A model generated the notes under the pieces. That model did not search any database and had not been told where the DNA came from. It saw nothing but the letters and a program-made list of their open reading frames with translations. Made by a program: the position numbers and the translations under genes. Positions 14,701-27,066 of a stretch of DNA of 64,000 nucleotides are shown piece after piece (position 1 is the stretch's first letter; each line of letters starts with the position of its first letter). This DNA is from Fimbriosthenelais zetlandica (Eukaryota): assembly GCA_977030845.1 (NCBI GenBank), contig OZ365112.1, positions 21,948,001 to 22,012,000 of the forward strand, written 5' to 3'.

Positions 14701-16799
14701 TTCTATTCTTGAAACTGCTGGTCAAGAAAACTCCTGACAACAAATAGTGTCTGCAGTTAAAATAGAGAAAGAATGCGTGACTACTTCAAAAGTACTCATG
14801 CATAGTTTGAAAATGAAGCTGGGAAAGTGATTGACCTTACATAGAAAATTCAATAAACCGGGGACGGTTCACACTGGCAGGCGTGCTATAGAAAGTAGAA
14901 CCTTTGGCAGCAGTCCAGGGCATGCCATGAATGTAATCCGAAATGAGTTCACTTTGAGGCCTACTTGCCTTTGAAACGTTTCAGTTAATTTGAGGAACTC
15001 TGTCTAGATATCTCTTCCAAGTAATCGGCATAAGAACTGACTGGCTGTCCGCGTTAGATTTAATTAGATTTTCTCTTTCCGACACGAGGTAGACCGATGC
15101 GGACCAACAACCACAGGCTTTAATTGATTTATGAAAATTGTAGCTAGAAGGGAAGAATAAGGCAAGTTTTAGAGAATATCCCCTTTATCGCCCCGAACGT
15201 TCCTCACTTGTAACGCGTATTGTCATTTTCGTCTTTCGATGCTTCCGTTCTGGATGCAATGTATTTCTGTGGGCTTCTGAAAGCTCCAAGCAATTTTCCC
15301 TGTGCCTCCTTTTAACCCTGTCCTTATCTCACTTCTAATCAGTGCTGATTGAGTTTGATTGATGGTTAAATGAATCATTAAATATGGCCAGTGAACAGAG
15401 GGGAAACTGGCCCCGAAACTTGGAGTCCGTAACCTTTTTGAAAATTAACTCATTTGGCTGTCATAAGATAATTACTTGAGAGTAATTGACCTGCAGTCAA
15501 ATCGTCTTGTTTCACGATTTAACTGTAGCTGCATGTCGTCTATCCCTTTGCAGCTCCCCATGAGGTATAGGTCTGACATCTGGAACTCCAGTTCAATATA
15601 CATGCAAATGCATTGACATTGAACAAAATTGTCACCATCAAAATGTTATATGACACAGGCAAAGGCGCTGCTTACTGTTGAAGTATCAAGTAAAGGGAAT
15701 AATGATCTGGTATATTCTCGGGGGCATCTAAACTAAATATACTGTCAATCAATATTTCATCAGAGCAATGGTAAATACTGCAGCACATCCGAGAGGTATA
15801 AAAAAGATAGCACACACCATTTCCCTTTAATCAGCGTCAAGTTTGGAGTATGCTCTTTCAAATAATCCATGTACACAAAAAGAGAAGATTCATTTACATG
15901 CCTTAAGAAAAGAGTAAAGAAATGTAGGGATCTTATTTTGTGTCTCTCCCACTGAATCCTGGTGATTACAAGATACCCCTGCTTGGGACGAGAGCATGTA
16001 AACATGAAGGTTTGGAACACTGGTAAAGAATGACATGTTATTTTGTTAAAGAGGAGGAACAGCGGTCGGAAAGTTGAAGATGAAACATCAACTAAAGACA
16101 TGATTTTCAGTTAAGACGTAGGGCCCATGCAGTTTTAAATGAATATATTTCTGATAGAGTTAAAGGAATGTCACACCATGCATTTCGACCTAGCAAGGGG
16201 CCTAACAGTGCAGTTCCTAACATTGATAATCACTTCTGAGCGGATGAAAAAGCAAGGAATATAAGACCATAGTGGAAGAAGTATTGAATGGTCATAAGCA
16301 GATTCATTAAAACAGTTTATTGAATATAATAACCTCAATACATTATCGGCTTAACATTTTGTAATACCGATATTTCATAATATTATTAAACATTTTGTAA
16401 CAAGGAAATGTTTTAACAATTGACGTGAAACATCCGAGATCTGCTGGGAGATGATGCAAATTACCCAAACTATTAGTAATGTCTTGGGTAATGGCATACC
16501 CCCGATACCCGCTTCTTCCACCTCAGGGACCTACATAAGAAAATGTATTCAAGCTAGTACGGAGCAGCAGAGCAAAAGAAAATATTGAAGGAAATTGTAC
16601 AGATCTAACGAAATGTCATTTAAGCGAGTGGGGGAAATGGTGGGATGATCAATTTCACGGTGTGTAAACACACTCTATATGAGATCCGCTGTCAGCGGCA
16701 GCGTGTTTGTATTATGTCCCAGGATGCGGCCAGTCGTCTTTGTGATGCACTGATAAGTGTTCTTTATTGCTAGAGACCTCTGGGATGGAAGAGATATGT

Positions 16800-17260
16800 G
16801 ATTGCCTCTCCGTCCAGCTCCCTCATGCTAGCTAAGAAATCACTGACAAATACTCCCTGTCTAAGTCCTCCCCACCTTTTCCTATTAATTTGAGACTGAT
16901 TCTAGAACGAATGCCATATAGAGACAGATTATTATCCGATAAAAAGACGTAATTATGATATATATTCATGTAATTGCTGACGTTTACGATGCTAGACAAC
17001 TTTGTCTGTATAGGAAAATTATTCATGAATAGAAATCTCACCAAAGTGTCAACCATACTCTTAATGCCTTGGTTCGTTTGTGCAATCCCACAATGGCATG
17101 AGAACGCCCCTGCTGTGTCTATTAACACCTTTTACTGAGTCCTGAGAACAAAGTACTCTTTCCCGTAAGCACAGCAAAGAACTGGAGCTTATAATGCTTC
17201 TTTGACCATACATCCCAACTTTCCCCTTTTAGTGTCCAATCTATCATAACACCCCATCCC
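16800..17260 (-). mobile_element. Non-LTR retrotransposon (LINE) reverse transcriptase relic
   Basis: Collinear fragments on minus: TGKEY, SMVDTL, (V)NRQQL, SLYGIRSRI and GLRQG (16868-16854). No intact YADD seen. Confidence 0.45.
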
Positions 17261-18497
17261 CTATATCTGTAAAGAGGAAGGGAATAGGGTGATACATGCC
17301 TTCATTACTATAATATTATAACTTTTGATAAATTTCCCCAAGTTCACCATTATATAGAACGTGTTAAATGTGACTATATATGGATTAAATTTTCATCATA
17401 TCTACGTGTTCCCAGTGGTTTCATCACAATCATCTGGCATAGTCTTTCTATTGCTACCATTTATCACTGAGCGGTCTTTAAGTTTATAGTTATAGACATT
17501 GCATTAGGACGTTTCATCAATTAAATATTATTTCTCAGCAGTGTGACTCTTGCTATTCTTCTGCCTCTAAATGGCCATTTTATGACGACTATATGCTTCC
17601 CATGGGTAACATAAATATGATATTGTATCATAGTCGTAGAACACAGCTGCATGGCTGGTGTAAATGTATATGGGAAGCTTCAGAGCTACGAATTGGCAGT
17701 ATAAGCCCCAGAGGCAAAGTGCTTTTATCAGATTGCCGATATGTCAGATTCACACCAGGAAACACAAAAGCAACTCATAGTGGCTAGATATCTCCATCCT
17801 TGAGCGATCAAAAGCTTTGAAAGGTTATTGCCACGAGCGATAGAACTGTCACCCACAATGATAAAACATAGATATTTTATAGATGCATGTATTAAATTAT
17901 TAAGATAACAAACTCATTCTGGAACAAGTTACAAATTAAAATCCCTGTTCTGATAATTTCCATGTTTTAATATTGAGAGGCAATATTTTAATTTTGCGCA
18001 TACAATTAGCTTCGGAGTATTGTTGGATCAGGCCACACACCGACTGCCTCAAACGACATAACCCTTGTCCACGGAAATAAATAATATTAAAGAATAACTT
18101 CATCACACATTCCCGCCTCAGCGATGCTGTTTAAAATCATGCAGCTATTTTACATTATGATGATGCATTGCCCTGTTTACATTGATGCTGATGGATCATT
18201 GTGTTCTCTGATGTTTGTTTGCAAAGAGATGCATCTGTAATGAACCTGATAACGATATTTTGGGCCGTGCATATTCATTATTATAGAGGGTTGACAGGCT
18301 GGGGCTGTGGAAGAAGAATTTCAAGCACCTACTGTTTAACAGTGGGAGAGAAAATGTAATTTAAGGAAAGTGGGTTAATAAATTGTATCGATCAGGGCTT
18401 TATGAAAATCCCCAATGGTATAAAACGAAGGCTGAAATTCAATTCATCTTCAGGTTAAATTAGATTGCTAAAACCGGCTACAGTGAATCATATACAT

Positions 18498-18742
18498 AGA
18501 ACCAACCGAGGTTTGGGAGAGGCGGCGATATTAACACAGTCGAAGGGTATGACGAGGCGTCGCGTCGAAAATTTCAAGCGCCGAGGCGGTGTTGATATCG
18601 CCGCCGTCCAAAACCGACATTGGTTCTGGATTTATTATACCTTTGACCGCCTTAAAACTAATAAAATGTGAATAAATGATGTTAGTAATCTTTTAATCCA
18701 GCTTCACAGTAGTGCAAGAGACAATGTCTGTGACGTCACAGA
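18498..18742. mobile_element. Small foldback/MITE-like element with imperfect ~40-bp inverted arms and a perfect 16-bp palindrome
   Basis: Arms 18498-18537 and 18589-18627 (core GGCGGCGATATTAACAC / GTGTTGATATCGCCGCC, 16/17 complementary). TCTGTGACGTCACAGA at 18727-18742. Locally CpG-rich in an AT-rich background. Confidence 0.55.
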
Positions 18743-21079
18743 GTGCAATACCAGGAAAAAATCATGGTACTCTCATGTCAATATCACACTCATATGTTAA
18801 GGCTATTAGAGATCAGTACCAAAAGTATAATAAAGTCTGGTATATATATCCACCCCCATGGATTGTATTGCCGTTAGCTCTAAAGTCGACTATACCTTGT
18901 CATTTCGTTGTTTTATACATGGACCAAGTGAAGATGCAGCATATAAATGGATATTATTCCCAGACACTTACGTGTGTAGCTAGTTGTATTGCTGAGTGAT
19001 GCAGGCATTCAACGTAATCTATGAATAAAGGATGCAGTTGGAAGAGTGCTTTAGGGCAGAAATTATGCCGAATGTCCGACTTGTAATTCCGAATTCCGCA
19101 CCAGGAGTGAAAATGGAAATCTATATTTGCAAAGTAGAAGAGTTGTTTCGATTTTTAACAATGTCACTGAACTGTTCAAAAAGAAAGCCCTGGATTTCAA
19201 ATCAAAATTAATAACACCTGCAAGGCGTGACACTCCCCTTTGTTTTCCTGCCGTTATTGCTGGTCACCACATGTCAAGACAACGACCCGATTAAGGATTA
19301 TCAACACCCAAAGGCCTCGCTCAATACAATCCCAATTGTCAACAAGGTGTTTAAACATGGTATTCTTTCACCACACCTCAGTCTTGAGGGCCTAATTAAG
19401 TGGATGAGGCAAGTTCTGATAAGACTAAGATTTCCCTCTTCCTTATCTCATAACACAGGCAAACTGTGTCTTGCTGCATGCTGGTTCCAAAGAGGTGGGT
19501 TCGTACCTCCATGGTTAATTCTGGGAAAGCCCGATTTAAATAATCTGTCATATTCGTTTAAGTCGTTTTTAAAGTATTTTCATCGTCCCATAACTCATAG
19601 CATTCATCTTATAATAACATGAATCAGATTAAACGAATTTCCTAAAAGCGTTTTGATGGAATGAAATCCGATAAGGTTTCATCTAAGTAGAATTTCTTTT
19701 AACCGAAGCCCTGGGGTTAAACGACAAACCCGAGAAAAAATGTCGCACTTGCTTGTCTTAGATCGACATGACACACGGAGCCTGATTTGCTGGAAGATAA
19801 TACATTTTTTTAAATGTATTAACAACTCTCATTATAATTCTAAGTAAATTATCATGATGTTATTAAGATAAATTAAGGTTGATCTTAACAAGAGGGTTTC
19901 CTAAATACTAGTGATAAGAAACAAGTGATAAGACAAAAATACTCCAAGGGTTAAAATTAATGACACGAGTTTGGCATTTCTCAGGCTTCTAATGGAAGAG
20001 CAAGTAGTCGTAGGACTTCAGTGAAGGACATGAAAGGACATTCTTTTCATTCTCTGATTTTCTTGGAGGAGTCGGCATTTGGAATGAAAAACGGATACTT
20101 TCCTTTAGAATATGGCACTCCATGATGTTCTCACAGTATCATTTAATCCCTTAGTGTCATGCAGCCGAAACTATCAAAGCCAGAAAAAACATTTTCTTCG
20201 ATTAAGTCGACCACCAGGTCAATATAAAGTGTATTTGATATAGTCATGGACCTCGCAGGGCACACGATATGTATATAGAGCAATGGATTTTCGCCTGCAG
20301 CTGAAGTTGCTTGAGGAAAATCAATGTAGACGTGTAGCAGATATATCTACGAGTTGTGGTATTTAACTCTTGCTCCTGTCCGTGTGGTCCGTAATTCTGT
20401 GTTCTAAGCTATCCTTTCAGAAGTCACAATAAAGCTAGTATTTATAGAGATACCGCTACAGTTATGGCTTAAAAACAGGAAAGTTATTGGAAATATACCG
20501 AATGATAGTCATAACATTATTTTACAGTAAAATGATATTATGACAATTATTCGGTAAAACAATAAATTTACAAATTGAAACACCGATTGGGGAGGGGGAG
20601 AGGGGATAAATGGGTGAACCACCTCCTATGTAGAGGTTCATCATTCTATCAATGAAATTTCAAGGTTTTAACAGCTTCCATCAATGGAATTGTAATTTTT
20701 AACAGAAGAGTCTGAATGATCCTTTTTCGAGGATGATTATATTTGACTGTTGCTATTTAGAAGGAGTACGTGGGTGTAACTTGGAATTGGAATATTTTTA
20801 TCTCAAAGCTCATCCGTGTTGCCTACTGCTTGATTGAGTGCAACTACTATTTGGCCTCTACAATCAATAAACCCATGAAAACAATCAAATAAAGTAGATT
20901 GATGCACTTCTCCCACTTATTATGGTTCCGCCCATGAAACAAGGAGAATTTTTTAATAGTGGTATTCATTCAAAGTGTTTGCCTGAAGGGTGAAATTGCA
21001 CAAGACACTTATTTTTGACCACTTAATCAGATGGCCAAATCAGTGAAGCTTAGAAACCAACCCTTAAGTAACCAGCATT

Positions 21080-21800
21080 GGCAGCAAAGGTCTGCTTTAG
21101 ATTAGTGAGTGGCAGCCTGCTCTTCAATAAAAATCAACGAAGAAAGGTTGTGCCCTCAGTTGTTCTTGTCTCTTCCAATACTTACAATTGCTCAATAACA
21201 GTTGCTTTTGGTTGCAGGGACATTCAAAACAATTCTGTTAACAACTGTGAAATCACGGCAATAACTGCGTGAAGGTACATTCTTTCGGTTGACTGGAGTG
21301 TGTTTAAAAGGATGTATCATTGTTAAAGATATATATGTAATTCTTTTCGTCAACATTTAAATGCAGAGAATAAGGTTTTCGAAGACATTTGTTTTCAATA
21401 TTGAAAACCAATGGGAGAAAAAGGGTGAAATGGGCACCAAAAAGATCTCCTTACATAATTGCAAAAGAGAAGGAATGGACATGGGATACATGATCCTTGG
21501 GTATTCACATGCCTTTGTGGTTTGGAGTCGTCTTTCAGCTTTCAAACCGAAATGTGGAACCAAGTCATTGGGCTAGAAATGCTACTTTCAACCCAAACTT
21601 GTCCAATGTAGTATACTGTTCCAATGAAGAGGAATGACATTGAACATCTACAGAAGTTTGTAAGAGAGAACATCTGCAGGTTTGACCTTTAAATGTTATT
21701 CCATTAGTGGACTCTACTTTTTGTTTCAGTGGTAGACCTTTCTATCATGATTGCAGCCATTGACATTGCAAGACTGATACCAAAATGTTAAGGTCACACA
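21080..21800 (+). mobile_element. Degraded Merlin/IS1595-like transposase relic
   Basis: ERLCPQ (about 21142-21159), AFGCR, KSRQ*LREGTFF (LREGTFF at 21265-21285, similar to SIRxGSFF), CRE, LWFGVV (21515 on), RNATF..P and YCSNEE (similar to IHSDEW), in the expected order. Confidence 0.45.
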
Positions 21801-24800
21801 TGGCTTCACTGTAGGCACCTAAAAGTGTCATACTGAAAAATGAATGTATGGAAAAAAAACTTACATAAGATTCTGATCAGCACAAATTGAAACCTGTCTA
21901 TCTACATGCCCTGTCATGATAGATGATCTATAATTATATCTTGGCAGATGTCTAAGGCAGTTGTACATTGTGTCCAAATTATTGCATGTCAGATTCTTCT
22001 TCGGACAACTTCTGGTTATAGTATTCTGTAAGCTTAAACCAGGTGACTAGGTCGTCATAAAGGCCATTATTGCGGGCATTGGGATGAATGAGAAGGTGAT
22101 ACAGAAAAGAATGACTCCAGCACCAACTTCCACACTGTGTACAAAAGGGAAAGTTCAAGACTGGCCATTATGGACCAACTGTCATGACTGGAAATGTCAA
22201 GAGCATGGCCTTTATGGAGTCGTGTCAGGAGATGTAACGGCAAACACTGTCAAAACTCAACCCTAAACACGTAAGTCCAACTGAAAAAAATCACCCTGTG
22301 TACATCCCCTTTACCCTATAGACTAGCAACTGCTTTTGAGCCTGGCTGATGCCCTGACACTAAGGTCAAAATATCCAACAATCTAATAAATCCTTTTGTC
22401 TGGATGTCCTTTTGCATTCCTTTGTAATTGGGTCCAAATGTGTATTCAGGCATTCACCTCTGATATATCATATCTGGACAACCAGTCGCCTATTCTGAAG
22501 TTGGTCTTTATAATTAGGAACCCAAAAATGCAGCATAGGCAACCACTATAGCTGCGAAAATGTCAAGATGATTTGATAGGTCCCACTGAAGGTGACTTTG
22601 TAATAACCACAACTGAGGCTCTTGCATATGCGTCACTAACCAAAATAGCTTGTAATGACCAATAAGAATATCCAGAGTAACGCAAATTACGTTAAAGTCT
22701 TTAACGGTGCACTTTAATGGCGTCAGTATCAAATAGGATCTGATTGAATTATGACAATTGAAATCATCTATCTATTAGACGGATGATGAAAGTATAACTT
22801 GTCCGTTAATTGGTCAGCACATTTTGAAAAACACATTGCAAAAACGATGATAAATTCATTAGAAAATATAATAATTTAAGCAACTCTTTTTTGAAGTTGA
22901 AGATAATCAAAAGCAAGAAAGATCTAGAGTTGTCTTGCCATTTTCTTGGAGACCAATGATAAACGAAGTAAGCGACAATAACTCAGAGCGGGAAGGATAA
23001 GAACCACTGATTTGCCGTTCCCAGATGAGCTATATCGACCCTGAAGGAAGTAAATATGTGCCAGAACCGCTCTGAAATGCATGAGACCCTCGGGCTCACG
23101 TAATTTATAAGTCTCTGCTTAATAGGGAGTCAGAGGTGTAGTCTCTGTCAGGCATCTTGAGGCAATACTTCAACTTGAGTATAACAAATCTTCCCTGGCA
23201 GCAGATCTAAGTTCTGACATTCTCTATCATGATTAGGGGATATTTTCATACACGTCATGATTATTTATTTACTTAGACTGCCTCATTTGGAGGAGTCCAG
23301 AATGGGTATGGTTATACATTTGCTACACAGTAAAACTAGAATACAACTGACCGACCCCTGGTATTGACCTTCTGCAGCGTTGGAAAGCTTTACAGACCAT
23401 CATTGGCAAAGGTCACAGATTGATTATCTATGATTCAGGGGGAAGTCCAATGAAATCAATTCTGCATTTGTCTTTATTGGGTCTCGGCCTTTTATGATTA
23501 TATGAAGAGTTTCACAGGTCAAGGGCAAAAGACCTTTCACTTCAGTAAATCCTGATAGATAAGACCTTTTCATTGAAGGTAAAAGTCACCCGATATCCCT
23601 AAATGCTCCCCTTTGAAGAGAGGCTCTTCACTCCTAATTATTATTTCTACTTGATATGTGATAAGGTCAGTTAAATGATCCCTGGTCATCCACAGAATGT
23701 GAAATAAGGGTCATTATTGATTATTTGCCATGGCTGCCATTATGAATGCCATCCCCAAGCTTGCACTGAGGTGTGGTCCAGTAGGCAATGTCTTCCTATC
23801 AATATTTATCAATAGTCGGGTTTCCACACCCGATTCCACATGACTCCCCATAACCTCTACAACATGATCCCCTTTATGTCTTAGGAAGAAAGCCATCAAT
23901 ACCTCCTTCCTGGACTAAGTTGGGAGACCCCAGTGGCCAAGGTTGGGTATTCCTCTCTACCCAGGCATGGAATCACATCCCTTCTGTGAAACTTGATTCA
24001 TGTGGCAAAAGAGACTGAGCCTAAGATTGACAAGTTCATAGTATCTAGATGTCCATTATTTATCATGCCTGGGTTGGCAAACATAAGGGGACAGGCGATC
24101 AAATCATCCCACTCAGCCTGCCAAATATCAGGACGCCATCAGGGGAGGTTCTGTCGTGGGATGCCTCAAATATGTTGGTAATACGGCAGGCTAGAAGGCT
24201 GGAGCCATGTGGAAGGCTGGAGGGCGGCGGAGAACCATCCTCTATAGAAGAGAGGCAAAGTAGAGACTTTAACAGGAAGAGGGTGAAGGGTCGAGGGTTA
24301 AGGGTATATAAGAAGGGGTTGAGGGAGAGTGACGGGGCATTGAAGGCGTGTAAAGTCTGAGAGGTAAAGTCTGAGGGGCAGGCTTATAACAAGGAATGAG
24401 AGGAGCTTGAAGGGGACTCCAAAAGCGCAAGATTGAAATGAATAGGGAATTGACTCCTTGATGAGGGTGGTTGTGCGGTGGGGAGCGGAACAAAGGAAAA
24501 TTGCAATTACTGTTTTTAAAATGTCAGTTAATAAAAGAAAAAAGAGAACTGAACATTACATGATGAGAAATCTGAGAGTAGTGCATGGTTCGAGTGGTTA
24601 TGCCGGCTTCATCATGATTTTCCAGTGTGGGAAACCAATTCAAAGATGGCGCTGCGATTGGACTCCTGGGTTTGGTGAGGAAACACTATCAATGATTGTC
24701 ATCAACAGTGATTATCTGATATGACCTGCCACGTCTGGCCATCCCTCTCTGACAGGAGTAGATTGGAGGAAGGGAGACACTGATTCAGCCAGGATTAGCC

Positions 24801-26589
24801 TCAGATACTTCAACATGGGCTGCTTTATGGATGCATCAATCAGGGTTATCAAACAGTCGGCAAATACAGGTTAAGCTGACATTTGCATTCGTTGAGGCTG
24901 AAAATTGACAAGGAAGCCAAGTGATGGTTTAATGTATTATCACAGATTTATCAGACGATTGTGTGTAATATCACCCATTAATGTCCATTAACGTGTTTAT
25001 ATGATTATGCTGAGAAATGTTGATAGTGAATTCCAGATTTGAACATTATATTCTGGAGTCTTAAGGCTGATTCTTTACAGTCGTTGCCTACAAAAACATA
25101 TCACGTTGAACACAAGCGTGTGTGACTTTTTGCTTGGATGTTCCCTTTGAAATCATGACCCATTTCCGGTTGTCATCCCACTGAAGCCATCCTTCATTTT
25201 AGTTCTGACCACACTTCCAGGTGGCATTATTGATCATTATACATGATGCCCTGGCCATGAAAAGGTCCCCATCAAATGTGGCATTTCTCGCCAGTAGTGA
25301 GAAGGAATTAGAGATGCAGGAGGAATGAAAGCCTATGCCACTCTCAAGGCCTCTGACATTGCCCTCGGACCCTCTTCAACTCCAGATCATTATGAGCTTC
25401 GCAGACAGAATAATTCATCCCGACAGGTGCTTCTATTTACCGCATCTACTGAACTCTTATTATGTCTATTAGTAGAGACAAAACTTCTTTCTTTCTCTAC
25501 GTGGTATTCAACCACGTCCCTTTATCAGGTGAATGTTTTTCTTAATAATTATGTTTTTTAAGTTGATGGGAACTGTTGAAAGAAATCTGCGTTCCAAGTT
25601 GACATGAGTTGAATACTCAATTAGTTCAACGGGAATTTCTTTTCAATTGGATTTGTTAAATGCATATGGTGAAGGACGTTCCATTTGTGGCTCGATAATT
25701 AAGATGACAATAAGATGGCATTGGCAATGTTCTGCTTCATCGTCGCAATCAAATTGTACATGCAAAGGCCTATATGTTTGGTTGTATACAAAGGAACTTC
25801 CTTCGGCCCAATCAACAATCAATCAAAACAAAAATGTTCCAATCATCAGGGATGATAATTAAAGAATGTGATTGGCATTAAAGGTTCTGATTAACACTTA
25901 TGTGAAAAGGCCCTGTTGCAACATTGCAACATCGATAACATCAATATCTAGAATTCTTGTTAAAATCTTATTGTTCTTGAAACTTTCTTCAGTCATTGCG
26001 ATAATGGCTGTCGCCAGGCCTGAATTAATCTAGTTTGCATGAACGATACCAATTCCCTTTGGTGACCATCACTTGTTTAGCTACAAGTAGTCTCCATATA
26101 CATGCCCACGTCTACTGTACTGTGGGAGAGTTGGTTGTTGGTCGTTGGTGGTGCCGCCTTTAATTCCCATTAGTGTCTGGAGGTACGGTTGTCAGCAGCT
26201 GTCCAGGGTGAGAGGCATATGCCATGTTGGGGTGCCAAGAGCAGGACTTGTCGGGTGTGCCAACCACCAGCCCCTTGACATCTCCCCAAAGGATGCAGAA
26301 ATATGGAACTAATGGTCTAGTCTATAAAATAAATGCTGCAAATGGCCAAGAGCATCCTGAAACTGCCCCCCTGAACGTGGGATCACGTCAGCATGATGAT
26401 GGTATTAGATTTAGAAACCGTTGTTTTAGAGGCATTTTCAATTTCAATCTGGTAGCTCCCTTTGTTTCTAAATTACCAAGGACAAAATAATATCTTACGA
26501 ATACTGAAAAGTATTTCTCCCTTAACCTTATCTCTCAGTTCTTCCTCATAATGGGTCCATGTTGGGAAATGTAACATGCTTTAAATTAA

Positions 26590-26990
26590 AGAGTATATTT
26601 TTGAAATAAAGATGTTTCAGAGGAGGGTAGAGGAGAAGGTATTGCCGTGTAATATTCCAGGCCATGCTCTTGGCAAGTGGATTAAATCCCAGCCATCAGA
26701 TGCCACCAGGCCTACACGACAACTCCATCTAACATCACTTCCCCAGTCACTGCTTCACATTGTTTTTATCGTACTGAGATACTAGAACCATATCCAGACT
26801 CACTCTAACTCCACCAAATAACATATGACTGTTTCCTCTTACAACAATCTTGACGGGCGACTCTTCCGTTTGGTAGCTCAGTGGAACTGTCTATTTGGTC
26901 ACTGAATAATAGATTTCTTTAGACTCAGAGCCTCTGTGGTTTCTACAAAGTAAAGATAGAGATACAATAAGCTGTAAGATGGACTTAAGG
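26590..26990 (+). mobile_element. LINE (CR1/L2-type) apurinic endonuclease relic
   Basis: NKDVSEEGRGEGIAV*Y (RGEGIAV at 26629-26649, similar to RGGGVAxY), CFYRT (similar to YRPP), ILTGDSSVW (26847 on, similar to GDFN...W) and SCKMDL, in order. Confidence 0.55.
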
Positions 26991-27030
26991 AATGATGTGG
27001 GTCGTTTTGATGTTGGATGGTTTATTCTGT

Positions 27031-27066
27031 GGTAGGACCTCAGGTTTTGGTAGGACCTCAGGTTTT
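27031..27066. repeat. Perfect 18-bp tandem duplication
   Basis: GGTAGGACCTCAGGTTTT x2. Confidence 0.95.

Noticed and set aside
22084-22266. Possible pair of degenerate CCHC zinc knuckles
   Set aside because: Needs several frameshifts and missing ligands; insufficient support.
26872-26884. tRNA/SINE A-box-like GGTAGCTCAGTGG
   Set aside because: No B-box or cloverleaf downstream, and it lies within the LINE endonuclease relic.
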